From a virus (taxonomy: Duplodnaviria > Caudoviricetes), in the IMG/VR virus record IMGVR_UViG_3300024308_000033, positions 1 to 51,350 of that record: a stretch of DNA of 51,350 bases; one strand, 5' to 3'. The notes below the pieces were generated by a model. The model searched no databases. It was not told the origin of the DNA and saw nothing but the letters and a program-made list of their open reading frames with translations. Below, piece by piece: positions 1 to 8,678 of this stretch. The position numbers and the translations under genes were made by a program. Position 1 is the stretch's first letter. Each line of letters begins with the position of its first letter.

Positions 1-373
1 GCATATGGCGCGCGTGCGCAAGCGCACCGAGATACTCATCCTCATCCAGCAAGGGAATCGGCTCGCCGCGCGCCAGGCACAGCGCGTCCGATTCGGTGTC
101 GTACTCCAGCGACGGCTGCAACAGTTCCGGGTTCTGGTGCCAATACCCTTCGCCCAGCACATGCAGCATCGCCCAATGCCAGGGCTCGTCGTGGAAGAGC
201 AGTTCGTGCTCGTATTCGTGGCCGGCGGCCTGGTCGGGATAACGTTCGCGTGCCTGTTCGATTGCCAGCGCTTCGGGAATCTGGCCGTAGCGCACCAGGC
301 ACCAGGCGAACAGATGCCGGCTGTCTTCGATTTCAGTGGTGAAGTCTTCCACCGGGGCGCGGGTGTCGGGCAT
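1..373 (-). CDS. Hypothetical host protein, partial (runs off the left edge)
   Basis: ATG at 373 preceded by AAGGA. Open frame MPDTRAPVEDFTTEIEDSRHLFAWCLVRYGQ... continues to the window start with no stop, so it is absent from the ORF track. Lies outside the left att repeat. Confidence 0.6.
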   Translation of the reverse strand, partial: MPDTRAPVEDFTTEIEDSRHLFAWCLVRYGQIPEALAIEQARERYPDQAAGHEYEHELLFHDEPWHWAMLHVLGEGYWHQNPELLQPSLEYDTESDALCLARGEPIPLLDEDEYLGALAHARHM

Positions 374-442
374 GTTCGATCCTTGCGTGTGGATCAGATG
401 TTGCCTTGAAGGCAGACCAGCAGCCGTTCATGCATGCTGGGT

Positions 443-487
443 TGGTGGGCCCACCAGGATTCGAACCTGGAACCAAGGGATTATGAG
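443..487 (-). repeat. Left att core: 45-bp copy of the 3' half of a CAU-anticodon tRNA (Ile2/Met type)
   Basis: Reverse complement reads CTCATAA TCCCT TGGTT CCAGG TTCGAAT CCTGG TGGGCCC ACCA (anticodon loop, T-arm, acceptor strand, CCA). Direct repeat at 35746-35790 with one mismatch (470 G vs 35773 A). The tRNA 5' half is absent. Confidence 0.9.
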
Positions 488-530
488 GCTCCACATTCAT
501 GCTTTGGAATCAACGGCATACATGCCGTAT

Positions 531-596
531 TTTTCCCGGCACATCCCCGTGGAACTCGCATTGTAGCGCGGCCACACATACATTTTTCCCGGCAAT
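531..596 (+). repeat. Putative integrase arm-type sites (TTTTCCCGGCA x2)
   Basis: TTTTCCCGGCA at 531-541 and 584-594, just inside the left att. The same motif recurs inside the right att at 35678-35688, with a variant at 35690-35699. Confidence 0.65.
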
Positions 597-659
597 CCCT
601 CAGCCTTCGCCGCGTCCTTCCCCGTCGATCGACAGCCTGCTGCAGCTGCCGGCGCCCGG

Positions 660-1013
660 CTATCCCATCCAGCCAAAAGGAGGCGGGGTGTGTAGCTTGG
701 CCAGCCTGTTCGCGCGAATCGCCGAGCGGTACGCAATGATCTTGGCCACGTCCTCGCGCAGACGCGCTTCATGCCTGGCCACCCATAGCTCGGCGCCGGC
801 GCGACCCTGCTCGTAGCTGCTGCAGCGCCGGCATGACTCGCCCGGCCCGCCAGGCCCGTCTCGATGCCGATCCAACGTGGCCACCCAGATTGCGTCGTCC
901 ACCCGCTGCGACAACGACACCACCCACACCCCCTCGCAGGCGATCACGGTCAGAGGATCGTTGGGGAAGCTGGCTGAACGTGTCGTCCAGTAGAAGTCGG
1001 TGGGCAGGGGCAT
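660..1013 (-). CDS. Hypothetical prophage-end protein (117 aa, MPLPTDFYWTT...)
   Basis: GC-rich, protein-like part of ORF 660..1235. The ATG at 1013 is preferred because the upstream extension runs through the AT-rich repeat region. Confidence 0.65.
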   Translation of the reverse strand: MPLPTDFYWTTRSASFPNDPLTVIACEGVWVVSLSQRVDDAIWVATLDRHRDGPGGPGESCRRCSSYEQGRAGAELWVARHEARLREDVAKIIAYRSAIRANRLAKLHTPPPFGWMG

Positions 1014-1125
1014 GGCCGGCAGGATACGGCTGGGCGTCGCAAAGGCTGCGACAAGGGCGCGGGCTGCAGGCATGAGCGTGTGCGGCGGCGGGGATGCTGA
1101 TGGCCCCCTTACGCGCGATAAGGTG

Positions 1126-1455
1126 CAATTTTTGAGGTGACCACGGGAAGGAGGTAATAAAGGTAACCCCCCTAAAGGAATGCCAATTTTTACCAATACA
1201 ATCAATTGGTTATATGAAATATATGAAGGTAACAATAGGGTAATCTTTGAGTAATCCCATTACCTTTTCCAGAGGTAACATCAGCGTCCTTAAATTTCCT
1301 TATGAATCAATGACATTACTTTGTATTGATCGAAAAATTACCTCAGATCACCCCAAAAGGTAACCAACATTTCCCCTTTCGTATCAATGACTTAACCATC
1401 GTCTGGGAGCGCGTGTTACCTGGTTACCTCCCTCCCGTGGTCACCTGAAAAATTG
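1126..1455. promoter_or_regulatory. Putative replication origin: AT-rich region bounded by ~41-bp imperfect inverted repeats, with many AGGTAA/TTACCT motifs and IHF consensus sites
   Basis: Left arm CAATTTTTGAGGTGACCACGGGAAGGAGGTAATAAAGGTAAC (1126-1167) matches the reverse complement of 1415-1455. WATCAANNNNTTR matches at ~1200 (AATCAATTGGTTA) and ~1382 (TATCAATGACTTA). The origin function is inferred. Confidence 0.55.
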
Positions 1456-1625
1456 GAACCGTCCGGAGGTGGCCAGAGAAGGCCACAGGGAGCCACTCAA
1501 ACACCCCCTATCGCGCAGGGAACCGCAGGGCCAGCCGGTGCTAGAGAACCCCTGAGAACGCCATACAGGGCCGGGGCTGGGCCTTGCTGCAGGCAGTGCA
1601 GAAAAAGCACCCCATGAAGTGCGCA

Positions 1626-1644
1626 GGCGTGGCGGGGAGACGAG
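1626..1644 (+). other. P2-type cohesive end (cos) site GGCGTGGCGGGGAGACGAG
   Basis: 19-mer resembling P2/186 cos (GGCG(A/T)GGCGGGGAAAGCA(C/T)), followed by TGCGCGC and located downstream of the portal gene as in P2. Confidence 0.8.
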
Positions 1645-1742
1645 TGCGCGCACCGGGGACCGGACCATACGCCACCGCCGAGTCGTGTATGGTGCTTGGG
1701 TTGGCAGCCGTCATTGGTCGACAAGCCGGGATCAGATTTGAA

Positions 1743-2003
1743 ATGTCCGAGAGAAAATCGATGGGCGCAGATCAAGCGCAGCGAATAGGTGCAGCTGTCA
1801 CCGAAGCCTTTGCTAAGTGGTCCGCTCCTGCGCGACATTTGAGCGAGCGAATGGAGCCGGTGAATGCCGCGCTGCAGAATTTGAAGGCGCGAATGAGACC
1901 GGTCATTGCCGCGCTGCAGGAAACGGAGCAACGCAGGCTGCACCTTCGACAGCAACTCAAGCGGAAGGGGCGCACTGGTTGGCGTCAGCCACGCCCCCGG
2001 TAG
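1743..2003 (+). CDS. Small basic hypothetical protein (possible moron)
   Basis: Distal part of ORF 1584..2003, whose upstream part overlaps cos. Helical and basic, no recognisable family, start uncertain (1743 or 1761). Confidence 0.35.
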   Translation: MSERKSMGADQAQRIGAAVTEAFAKWSAPARHLSERMEPVNAALQNLKARMRPVIAALQETEQRRLHLRQQLKRKGRTGWRQPRPR

Positions 2004-2103
2004 AAGTGTGGTCGGCGGGTGGTGCAGAAGCGGCCCGACATCGAGCGCATCGCCGATGTCGTGGGGCAAGAAGCCAGCACGCGAACGGACTGCGGGCTTA
2101 GCC

Positions 2104-2130
2104 AAAGAAAAGGCCGCCCGTAGGCGGCCT
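2104..2130 (-). terminator. Intrinsic terminator after the methyltransferase
   Basis: Hairpin AGGCCGCC-cgta-GGCGGCCT with an A-run on its left, i.e. a U-tail on the minus strand. Confidence 0.7.
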
Positions 2131-2145
2131 CTCGGGCGGAGTTCG

Positions 2146-2856
2146 TTACTGGCGAGGAAGGCGTGATCGTGCCACGTCGAAGTAGTGCCCGGTCATCTCG
2201 ATGCCGGTCCAGCTGTAGCCCTCAGCATCCGCGGCTACCAGCGTGGTGCCCGATCCGGCAAAGGGGTCCAGGATGCGCCCGCCTTCTTCGCAGATCCGCA
2301 CCAGCTGGCGCATGAGGTCGGTCGGCTTGCCGGTCATGTGGTGCTTGTCCAGCTTGCGGACCTTCTCCCGCACAACGCCAGGCAACACCGGCGCACGCCG
2401 GCCGAGGGGCATATGGCCCTTGCTACCCCACACGACGTACTCGGCTTGGTTGCGGAAGCGGCCGAGCTGCGGCCGCACGCCCTCGGTCTTGTCCCAGACC
2501 GCCACACCGCGCCAGGTGAAGCCAGCACACTGCAGGGCGTCGGTGGTCAGGGGAAGCTGCCGCCAGTCGGTGAACAGCAACACCGGAGCGCCCTCCTTCA
2601 GCACTCGGCTGCATTCGGCCAGCCACAGGCGCATCCATGCGAGGTGCGAGCGCTGATCGCGTTCGTCGCCGACAAAGTCGGCATGCAGCTGCGGGCCATT
2701 GCTCTGCATGTACTTCACCTGGGGCGACTGCTGGCGGGACGCTGCATGCGTGCCACCACTGGCATACGGCGGGTCAGTGATGAGGGCGTCGAAGCTGTTG
2801 GCCGGCAGGGTCGGCAGGACGGTCAGGGCATCGCCGTGGATCAGTTCGTTTTTCAT
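2146..2856 (-). CDS. DNA amino-methyltransferase (N6-adenine/N4-cytosine, beta-class motif order)
   Basis: Catalytic DPPY motif near the N-terminus and SAM-binding DPFAGSGTT near the C-terminus. Confidence 0.92.
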   Translation of the reverse strand: MKNELIHGDALTVLPTLPANSFDALITDPPYASGGTHAASRQQSPQVKYMQSNGPQLHADFVGDERDQRSHLAWMRLWLAECSRVLKEGAPVLLFTDWRQLPLTTDALQCAGFTWRGVAVWDKTEGVRPQLGRFRNQAEYVVWGSKGHMPLGRRAPVLPGVVREKVRKLDKHHMTGKPTDLMRQLVRICEEGGRILDPFAGSGTTLVAADAEGYSWTGIEMTGHYFDVARSRLPRQ

Positions 2857-3028
2857 GGGTAGAGCCTTCTTCGTGGTGTCGCTCGCGGCGATCCGTGGAG
2901 AGGCTCTGGGCCTTCATGTGGTTCATATCCCCACAACGGGGGCATTTCATCTGTAGGTCATAGTCGCCTGCGGCCTTGGCCAGCAATCGGGCACAGGCGC
3001 CGCAGCGCAGGTTCTGGCGGCCGGTCAT
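2774..3028 (-). CDS. Mu Com-like zinc-finger regulator
   Basis: MTGRQNLRCGACARLLAK...MKCPRCGDMN (CxxC...CxxC). Start overlaps the portal stop and the 3' end overlaps the methyltransferase start. Confidence 0.8.
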   Translation of the reverse strand: MTGRQNLRCGACARLLAKAAGDYDLQMKCPRCGDMNHMKAQSLSTDRRERHHEEGSTHEKRTDPRRCPDRPADPAGQQLRRPHH

Positions 3029-4038
3029 CGCTCTGTCGCTCCCAGCTCGAAGGGGTTGAAGCGAATGACCTCTTGGCCCAGCCATTCGTTGATCGCGGTC
3101 ATGCGCGTCTGCAGTGGTGCCAGTTCCATCGCCGCCCACACATCCGCCGCGTCGCGGATCGACCCGAAACCGCCACTGTTCTGCGGCACGATGCCCAGCA
3201 GCTGCGGCGGTACGCGCAGCGCCGCCAGCATGTCATCGCGGGTGACACTCTTGATGCCGGCGAATTCATCCCGTGCCGCCACTTCACTGACCGGGATCAC
3301 CTGCAGGCCGTCCTTCTTGCCGTTGGGCGAATGCACGAACAGGTTCCTGAAATTGCCCGGCCCGCGCGACTGGCGGAGGGCCTCGCGCAGTGCATCCACG
3401 TCCATGCCTTCGGGTTGCGGGTCGGTCATGTAGAGGATGTAGCCGGCGTGGGAGCCGTTGTTATAGTACTTGCGCCGGAACAGCGTCGCCGACTCATTCA
3501 GCAGCGCCGATTGCACAGCCGGCATCCATTCCGGCACCCCGTAAATTTCCTGATCCGCGTCGGCCTCGCGCAGCTGGAACACCTCGCCGCCGGGGAATTC
3601 ATGTTCCACGCGGCCAGCGCGTACCTGGAAGAACTCGCCATCCTTCACGCCTCTGCGCACGTACTGCGCCAGAGGCACCGCCAGGCTGTGCGCGCCACCC
3701 GACAGGGCCCGGCGTCGCTCGACGTAGGCCATGCCGAAGGTGGTGTAATCCAGCGCCAACTGCGAGAACGCCTCCCGACTCAGCAAGCGGTGCGGACGAA
3801 ACGTGCGCACCAGCATGTTGCGTTTGAACGTCAGGCCGCTGTGCAGGTACGGATTCGCCCTTGTCGTGCGAGACAGGCCATTGAGATCCACCGGTGGCTC
3901 GAAGTAACGGCCGTTCTTCCAGCATTCGAGGTAGTCGAGGATGCCGCGCGATTCCAACACAGGCGTGGCCTCGCCGAATGTGAACGCCTCGACGTTCGCC
4001 GGCGGCGCCACAGCAGCGCCCTGGTCGTTGTTTGTCAT
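3025..4038 (-). CDS. Portal protein (P2 gpQ/PBSX family)
   Basis: Motifs LNESATLFRRKYYNNGSHAG, GPGNFRNLF and PPQLLGIVP. ATG at 4038 is coupled to the terminase stop. Confidence 0.95.
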   Translation of the reverse strand: MTNNDQGAAVAPPANVEAFTFGEATPVLESRGILDYLECWKNGRYFEPPVDLNGLSRTTRANPYLHSGLTFKRNMLVRTFRPHRLLSREAFSQLALDYTTFGMAYVERRRALSGGAHSLAVPLAQYVRRGVKDGEFFQVRAGRVEHEFPGGEVFQLREADADQEIYGVPEWMPAVQSALLNESATLFRRKYYNNGSHAGYILYMTDPQPEGMDVDALREALRQSRGPGNFRNLFVHSPNGKKDGLQVIPVSEVAARDEFAGIKSVTRDDMLAALRVPPQLLGIVPQNSGGFGSIRDAADVWAAMELAPLQTRMTAINEWLGQEVIRFNPFELGATER

Positions 4039-5795
4039 CAGTAAATCTCCATGATGCCGCGTGCCGCAGACCCGCCTTCCAGCGGCTCGTTCTGCAGGGC
4101 GTGCATGAGTGCCCACGCCAGATCGGCGTGGCCGGTGATGCGCGAGCGGCCAGCGGTGTACGTCACCTGGCGCCCGCTGGGGGTAATGGTTTTCTGGATG
4201 GCCAGCAGCGACTGCGTGAGGTCCGTCCAGCCGGCGTCGTATTCCAAGCGCTCGTTCTTGATGACGTCGAACGCCTTCAGCACCAGCCGGGTTTTCACTT
4301 CGGGCGAGTAGTTGAAGACGGTCACACCGGGGAAGAACTGGCGCACCAGCTGTGCCACGCCAGTACCCATGCCGGTAGCGTCGATACCGATATAGGTCAC
4401 CCAATACCGAAGGGTGATCTGGTGGATAAATGCGGCCTGGGCGGCGAAGTCCATTCCCTTGAACTGATGACGTTCCAACACCCGGAACTTGCCACCCGGC
4501 ACCTGCGGCGGGGCCAGCACAACGATGCCGGCGCTGTCGCCCGTCTCGGCCGGGTCATAGCCGATCCACACCGCGCGATCACCATAAGGGCGAATGGCGA
4601 ACGGCTTGAAGTCGTCGGCCCAATCCACCCAGTGATCGACCTGGCAGGGCTGCAGCATCGTGAGTGGGAAGACGCTGGCGCTGTCGTCCACGAACTCGCA
4701 CATCAGCAGATTGGCGAATTCCTCGGCGCTGTAGTCGCGGCGCAGTTCCTCAATATCGAACAGATCGCAGCCACGGCCCGCTGCGTCCAGCACGGTCACG
4801 ATCTGGCGCCAGATGGCGTCCTCACAGCGGCGACCGCCCATCAGGCGCGCATGGCTCACGTCCAGCTGGATCTGCTGGGACACCGGCCGACCCTTGTTGA
4901 AGCGATCACCGGTCCAGAAATCGAACGCTTCGTGCGCCATGGTGGACGGTGTGCTGAAGTAGGTCTTTCGCCACTTCTTGTGCATCGCCATGCCGCTGGC
5001 GACTTTGTTCAGCTGGTTGAATCCGTAGGTCCAGAAGAACTCATCGAAGTAGAAATTACCGTGGTAGCCCTGCGCGGTGCGGGCGTTCGTACCAAGGAAG
5101 AACAGTTCGGCTCCGTTGGCCAACGTGATCGGATCGCCGGTCAGGTCACGGTCCAGCACCTCGCGCACAAACCCGCGCATGTAGCCGAGGAAGATATGCG
5201 CCTGGCTCTTGGATGCGCTCAGGAAGATCTGGTTACGGCCCGTGGTCAGTGCATCGATCAGCGCCTCACGTGCGAAGTAGTACGTGGCACCGATCTGGCG
5301 CGACTTCAGGATGATGCGCGTGCGCTCGTTGCCCGCCCGATACCAATCGCGCTGGTAGTCGAAACACCCATCCACAAACGCCGTCTGCAGGCGCTCGATC
5401 TCTTCGTCGCTGAACTCGTTCTTGCGGGCCTTCTTCTTCGGTGCGGCGTTGCGGTTGGCCACCGCCGGATTCAGGTCGGACTCATTGCCGCCGCCCTGAT
5501 AGCGCTGAATCCGGGCCTGCCGTTCCAGCTGGCGGTGGAGCAGATCAATCTCTTTGAAGTCGCCACCGGTCTTTTCCTCTTTATGGATGAGGATGGCCAA
5601 CCGCGCTTCCAGCGCCCCGCCGATGCGCTCGACAGTGTCAGCGCGGTCCCATTCGTCGCGCGCCTTCCAGCTGTGAACGGTCTTCTCTTTCTCGCCAATC
5701 AGGTTGGCGATATCGCACACGCGCCAGCTCATCCAGTAGAGGAATTTGGCTTGGCGTCGTGGATCGACGTGGAGTTTTTCGGCTAGGCTGCTCAC
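4038..5795 (-). CDS. Terminase ATPase subunit (P2 gpP)
   Basis: LKSRQIGAT Walker A variant, YFDEFFW Walker B, C-terminal nuclease motif GHADLAWA. Start uncertain (GTG 5795 or 5831). Confidence 0.95.
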   Translation of the reverse strand: MSSLAEKLHVDPRRQAKFLYWMSWRVCDIANLIGEKEKTVHSWKARDEWDRADTVERIGGALEARLAILIHKEEKTGGDFKEIDLLHRQLERQARIQRYQGGGNESDLNPAVANRNAAPKKKARKNEFSDEEIERLQTAFVDGCFDYQRDWYRAGNERTRIILKSRQIGATYYFAREALIDALTTGRNQIFLSASKSQAHIFLGYMRGFVREVLDRDLTGDPITLANGAELFFLGTNARTAQGYHGNFYFDEFFWTYGFNQLNKVASGMAMHKKWRKTYFSTPSTMAHEAFDFWTGDRFNKGRPVSQQIQLDVSHARLMGGRRCEDAIWRQIVTVLDAAGRGCDLFDIEELRRDYSAEEFANLLMCEFVDDSASVFPLTMLQPCQVDHWVDWADDFKPFAIRPYGDRAVWIGYDPAETGDSAGIVVLAPPQVPGGKFRVLERHQFKGMDFAAQAAFIHQITLRYWVTYIGIDATGMGTGVAQLVRQFFPGVTVFNYSPEVKTRLVLKAFDVIKNERLEYDAGWTDLTQSLLAIQKTITPSGRQVTYTAGRSRITGHADLAWALMHALQNEPLEGGSAARGIMEIY

Positions 5796-5813
5796 GTGAA
5801 CAGGTTGCCCGGC

Positions 5814-5859
5814 GTCACGCGCGCGCGACACGAAAACCCTCCGTAGAACAGCGGCTTAC
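5814..5859. promoter_or_regulatory. Putative Ogr-activated late promoter between gpP and gpO
   Basis: GTA-N11-TAC at 5843-5859 plus a CGCGCGCG tract. The same architecture occurs at 12085 and 17449. Confidence 0.55.
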
Positions 5860-5949
5860 ACATCGTTAGCGTTGCCGCCAACTCGCCCTCATTCGACCAT
5901 GGGTCATCGCATCGAGAACCGATGCGCACCGACACCAGCAGAGGGCGAG

Positions 5950-6810
5950 ATGGCCAGCAAAACCAAGAAGCGTTCCGAGTTCTTCCGTGTGGCCGTCGAA
6001 GGCGCGACCACCGATGGCCGCGTGATCGAACGACAGCAGATCGCAGACATTGCCGAAACCTACGATCCGCAGGTGTACGGCGCGCGCATCTGGCTGGAAC
6101 ACTTCCGCAGCACGCTGCCGGACAGCCCGTTCCGCGCCTATGGCGACGTGCTGGCGGTCAAAGCCGAGGAAGTGGACATCGCCGGCAAGAAGAAGCTGGC
6201 CCTGTTCGCGCAGGTCGAACCGACCGATGACCTGGTCGATATGGTGAACGTGCGCAAGCAGAAGGTTTTCACCAGCATTGAGATTTCGCCGGAGTTCGCC
6301 GACAGCGGCAAGGCGTACCTGTTCGGCCTTGCAGTCACCGACTCACCGGCCAGCCTCGGCACCAGCATGCTCGCATTCTCGGCACAGAATCCCGACAGCA
6401 GCCCGCTCAAGGATCGCAAGCAGGCTCCGGAGAACCTGTTCACCGAGGCCGCCGAGACCATCATCAAGTTCACGGTCGAGGATGAGCCGGAGGCACGCCC
6501 CGGCCCGGTCGCCGCGTTCCTTTCGAGCTTGGGCTTGGGCAAGAAGCCCGCACCGGCGCCGGCCAAGGAAGATTCCGAGTTCGACGTGGCTGAGTTCGCC
6601 ACCAAGCTTTTCAGCGCGGTGGGCGAGCAGGACGCCGCGATGGCCAAGCTCAGCCAGGACAACCGCGAACTGCGCGAGCAGGTGCAGGCGCTGTCCACTC
6701 AGGTTAACGGCCTGCGCAAGAAGCTGGACGAAACCCCGCAGGCATTCACCCAACGCCCGCCTGTGCCCGGTGGCAAGGACGTGGACACCGCCAACTTCAC
6801 CGACTTCTGA
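5950..6810 (+). CDS. Capsid scaffolding protein/protease (P2 gpO)
   Basis: FFRVAVEGATTDGR, YGARIWLEH, YLFGLAVTDSPASLGT motifs; divergent from the terminase; GAGGG SD before the ATG. Confidence 0.95.
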   Translation: MASKTKKRSEFFRVAVEGATTDGRVIERQQIADIAETYDPQVYGARIWLEHFRSTLPDSPFRAYGDVLAVKAEEVDIAGKKKLALFAQVEPTDDLVDMVNVRKQKVFTSIEISPEFADSGKAYLFGLAVTDSPASLGTSMLAFSAQNPDSSPLKDRKQAPENLFTEAAETIIKFTVEDEPEARPGPVAAFLSSLGLGKKPAPAPAKEDSEFDVAEFATKLFSAVGEQDAAMAKLSQDNRELREQVQALSTQVNGLRKKLDETPQAFTQRPPVPGGKDVDTANFTDF

Positions 6811-6846
6811 TCGCGCCCACCTCTTTCACGATTCCGGAGCTATCCC

Positions 6847-7863
6847 ATGCGTACCGAAACCCGTCACAAGTTCGACGGCTTTACCCAGCAGATCGCAAAG
6901 CTGAACAACGTCAGCGGCGTCGCCAACACCTTCTCCGTGGAGCCGGAAGTACAGCAGCGCCTCGAAGCGCGCATGCAGGAAGACAGCTCGTTCCTGCAGG
7001 CGATCAACATGGTCCCAGTCAACGAACTCAAGGGCGAAAAGGTCGGTGTGGGCATCAGCGGAACCATCGCCGGCCGCACTGACACCAGCGGCAACGGCGA
7101 GCGCAACCCCACCGATCCGAGCGCGCTGGACTCCAACGTGTACGAGTGCCAGAAAACGGACTTCGACACCGCGCTGACCTATTCCCGGCTCGACGCCTGG
7201 GCACACCGTCCCGAGTTCCAGACCCTGATCCGCGACGCGATCATCCATCGCCAGGCGCTGGACCGCATCATGATCGGCTGGCACGGCACCAGCATCGCCA
7301 AGAACACCGACCGCAAGGCCAACCCGATGCTGGAGGACGTGAACAAGGGCTGGCTGCAGAAGTACCGCGAACACGCCCCCGAGCGCCTGATGCGCGAAGG
7401 CAAGGAAGGTACGGGCAAGATCAAGGTGGGCGGTACGGGCGCCGACTACGGCAACATCGACGCGCTGGTGTTCGACCTGGTCTCCAACCTGATCGACCCG
7501 TGGCATCAGGAAGATCCGAGCCTGGTGGTGATCTGTGGCCGTCAGCTGGTCCACGACAAGTACTTCCCGATCCTCAACGAGGACAACAAGCCCACCGAGA
7601 AGCTGGCGGCCGAACTGATCTTGGGCACCAAGCGCATCGGCGGTCTGCAGCCGGTCATCGTGCCGTTCTTCCCTGCCAAGTCGCTGATGGTGACCTCGCT
7701 CAGCAATCTGTCGCTGTACTGGCAGATCGGCGGACGCCGTCGCCACATCATCGAGCAGCCGAACAAGAACCGGGTCGCCAACTTCGAGTCGTCCAACGAT
7801 GACTACGTGGTGGAGGACTACGGCCTGGGCGCCGTCGCCGAGAACATCGAGTTCGGTTCCTAA
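6847..7863 (+). CDS. Major capsid protein (P2 gpN)
   Basis: ALDRIMIGWHG, DVNKGWLQ and NLSLYWQ motifs; position after gpO. Confidence 0.95.
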   Translation: MRTETRHKFDGFTQQIAKLNNVSGVANTFSVEPEVQQRLEARMQEDSSFLQAINMVPVNELKGEKVGVGISGTIAGRTDTSGNGERNPTDPSALDSNVYECQKTDFDTALTYSRLDAWAHRPEFQTLIRDAIIHRQALDRIMIGWHGTSIAKNTDRKANPMLEDVNKGWLQKYREHAPERLMREGKEGTGKIKVGGTGADYGNIDALVFDLVSNLIDPWHQEDPSLVVICGRQLVHDKYFPILNEDNKPTEKLAAELILGTKRIGGLQPVIVPFFPAKSLMVTSLSNLSLYWQIGGRRRHIIEQPNKNRVANFESSNDDYVVEDYGLGAVAENIEFGS

Positions 7864-7866
7864 GCC

Positions 7867-8574
7867 ATGGCCGACTCACCCGCCAGTCGCCACGTGAAGC
7901 GTGCGCTCGCCGCCAAGGAAGCGGCGCGCACCGCCGGCAGCAACCTGATGGAAGGGACCACCATCTACCAGCAGATGCAGGTGCGTCTGACGGCCGACCG
8001 CGCCCGCCTGAAACAGATCCAGTCCACCCAAGGCAAGGCGCAGCTCAAGGTGGCACTGCTGCCCTCCTATGCTCCGTATCTGGAGGGCGTGCTGTCCGCC
8101 AACGCGGGTGGCAAGGACGACATCGTCTCCACGCTGATGCTCTGGCACTTCGATGCCGGTCAATTCGATGCCGGGCTGGACATTGCGCAATACGTGCTTG
8201 CACACGGGCTGGATATGCCGGACACGCACAAGCGAACTGCAGGCTGCGTGGTTGCCGAAGAAATCGGACAGTCCGCCCTGAACGCGCTCAAGACCAGCGC
8301 ACCGTTCGATCTGGCTGTGCTTGACCGTGCGGTGGCGCTGACCGATGGCCAGGACATGCCCGACGAAGTGCAAGCCCGCCTCCTGGTGGCGCGTGGCCGT
8401 GGCCGGCTCGCAACGGATACCGACGACGCGCCGCTGGATGCGGAGGCTGTCGGCCAGGTCATCGACGATCTGCGCAAGGCCATCCAGCTGCATGACGCCT
8501 GCGGGGGCAAGGAAGACCTCAAGCGCGCCGAGCGCCTGATGAAGAAGTTCGAGGCCAGTCAGTCCAACGACTGA
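7867..8574 (+). CDS. Terminase endonuclease subunit (P2 gpM)
   Basis: SPASRH N-terminus, LMLWHFDAG motif; synteny N-M-L. Confidence 0.9.
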   Translation: MADSPASRHVKRALAAKEAARTAGSNLMEGTTIYQQMQVRLTADRARLKQIQSTQGKAQLKVALLPSYAPYLEGVLSANAGGKDDIVSTLMLWHFDAGQFDAGLDIAQYVLAHGLDMPDTHKRTAGCVVAEEIGQSALNALKTSAPFDLAVLDRAVALTDGQDMPDEVQARLLVARGRGRLATDTDDAPLDAEAVGQVIDDLRKAIQLHDACGGKEDLKRAERLMKKFEASQSND

Positions 8575-8678
8575 CCTCACACCGAGCGTACCCCGCAACC
8601 CCGCCGGCTCGGGGCCGATCACCAAGACCTCTCTCCCTTGGTGTGACGCCCCGACCACCGGCGACCTACGAGGCCACC

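Noticed and set aside
5-409. 134-aa plus-strand ORF
   Set aside because: Antisense shadow of a better minus-strand frame starting at 373 with an SD.
443-487. Intact tRNA gene (also at 35746-35790)
   Set aside because: Only the anticodon loop to CCA is present. The D-arm and 5' acceptor strand are missing in both copies.
1014-1235. N-terminal extension of ORF 660..1235
   Set aside because: Runs through the AT-rich inverted-repeat element; ATG 1013 gives a more plausible protein.
1126-1455. CRISPR array or IS element
   Set aside because: Repeats are 6-7 bp, irregularly spaced and in both orientations. No spacers, cas genes or transposase are present.
4039-4404. N-terminal extension of the portal ORF
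   Set aside because: Overlaps the terminase in another frame; the coupled ATG at 4038 is the likely start.
4032-5786. 584-aa plus-strand ORF
   Set aside because: Antisense to the terminase; a typical high-GC shadow frame with no motifs.
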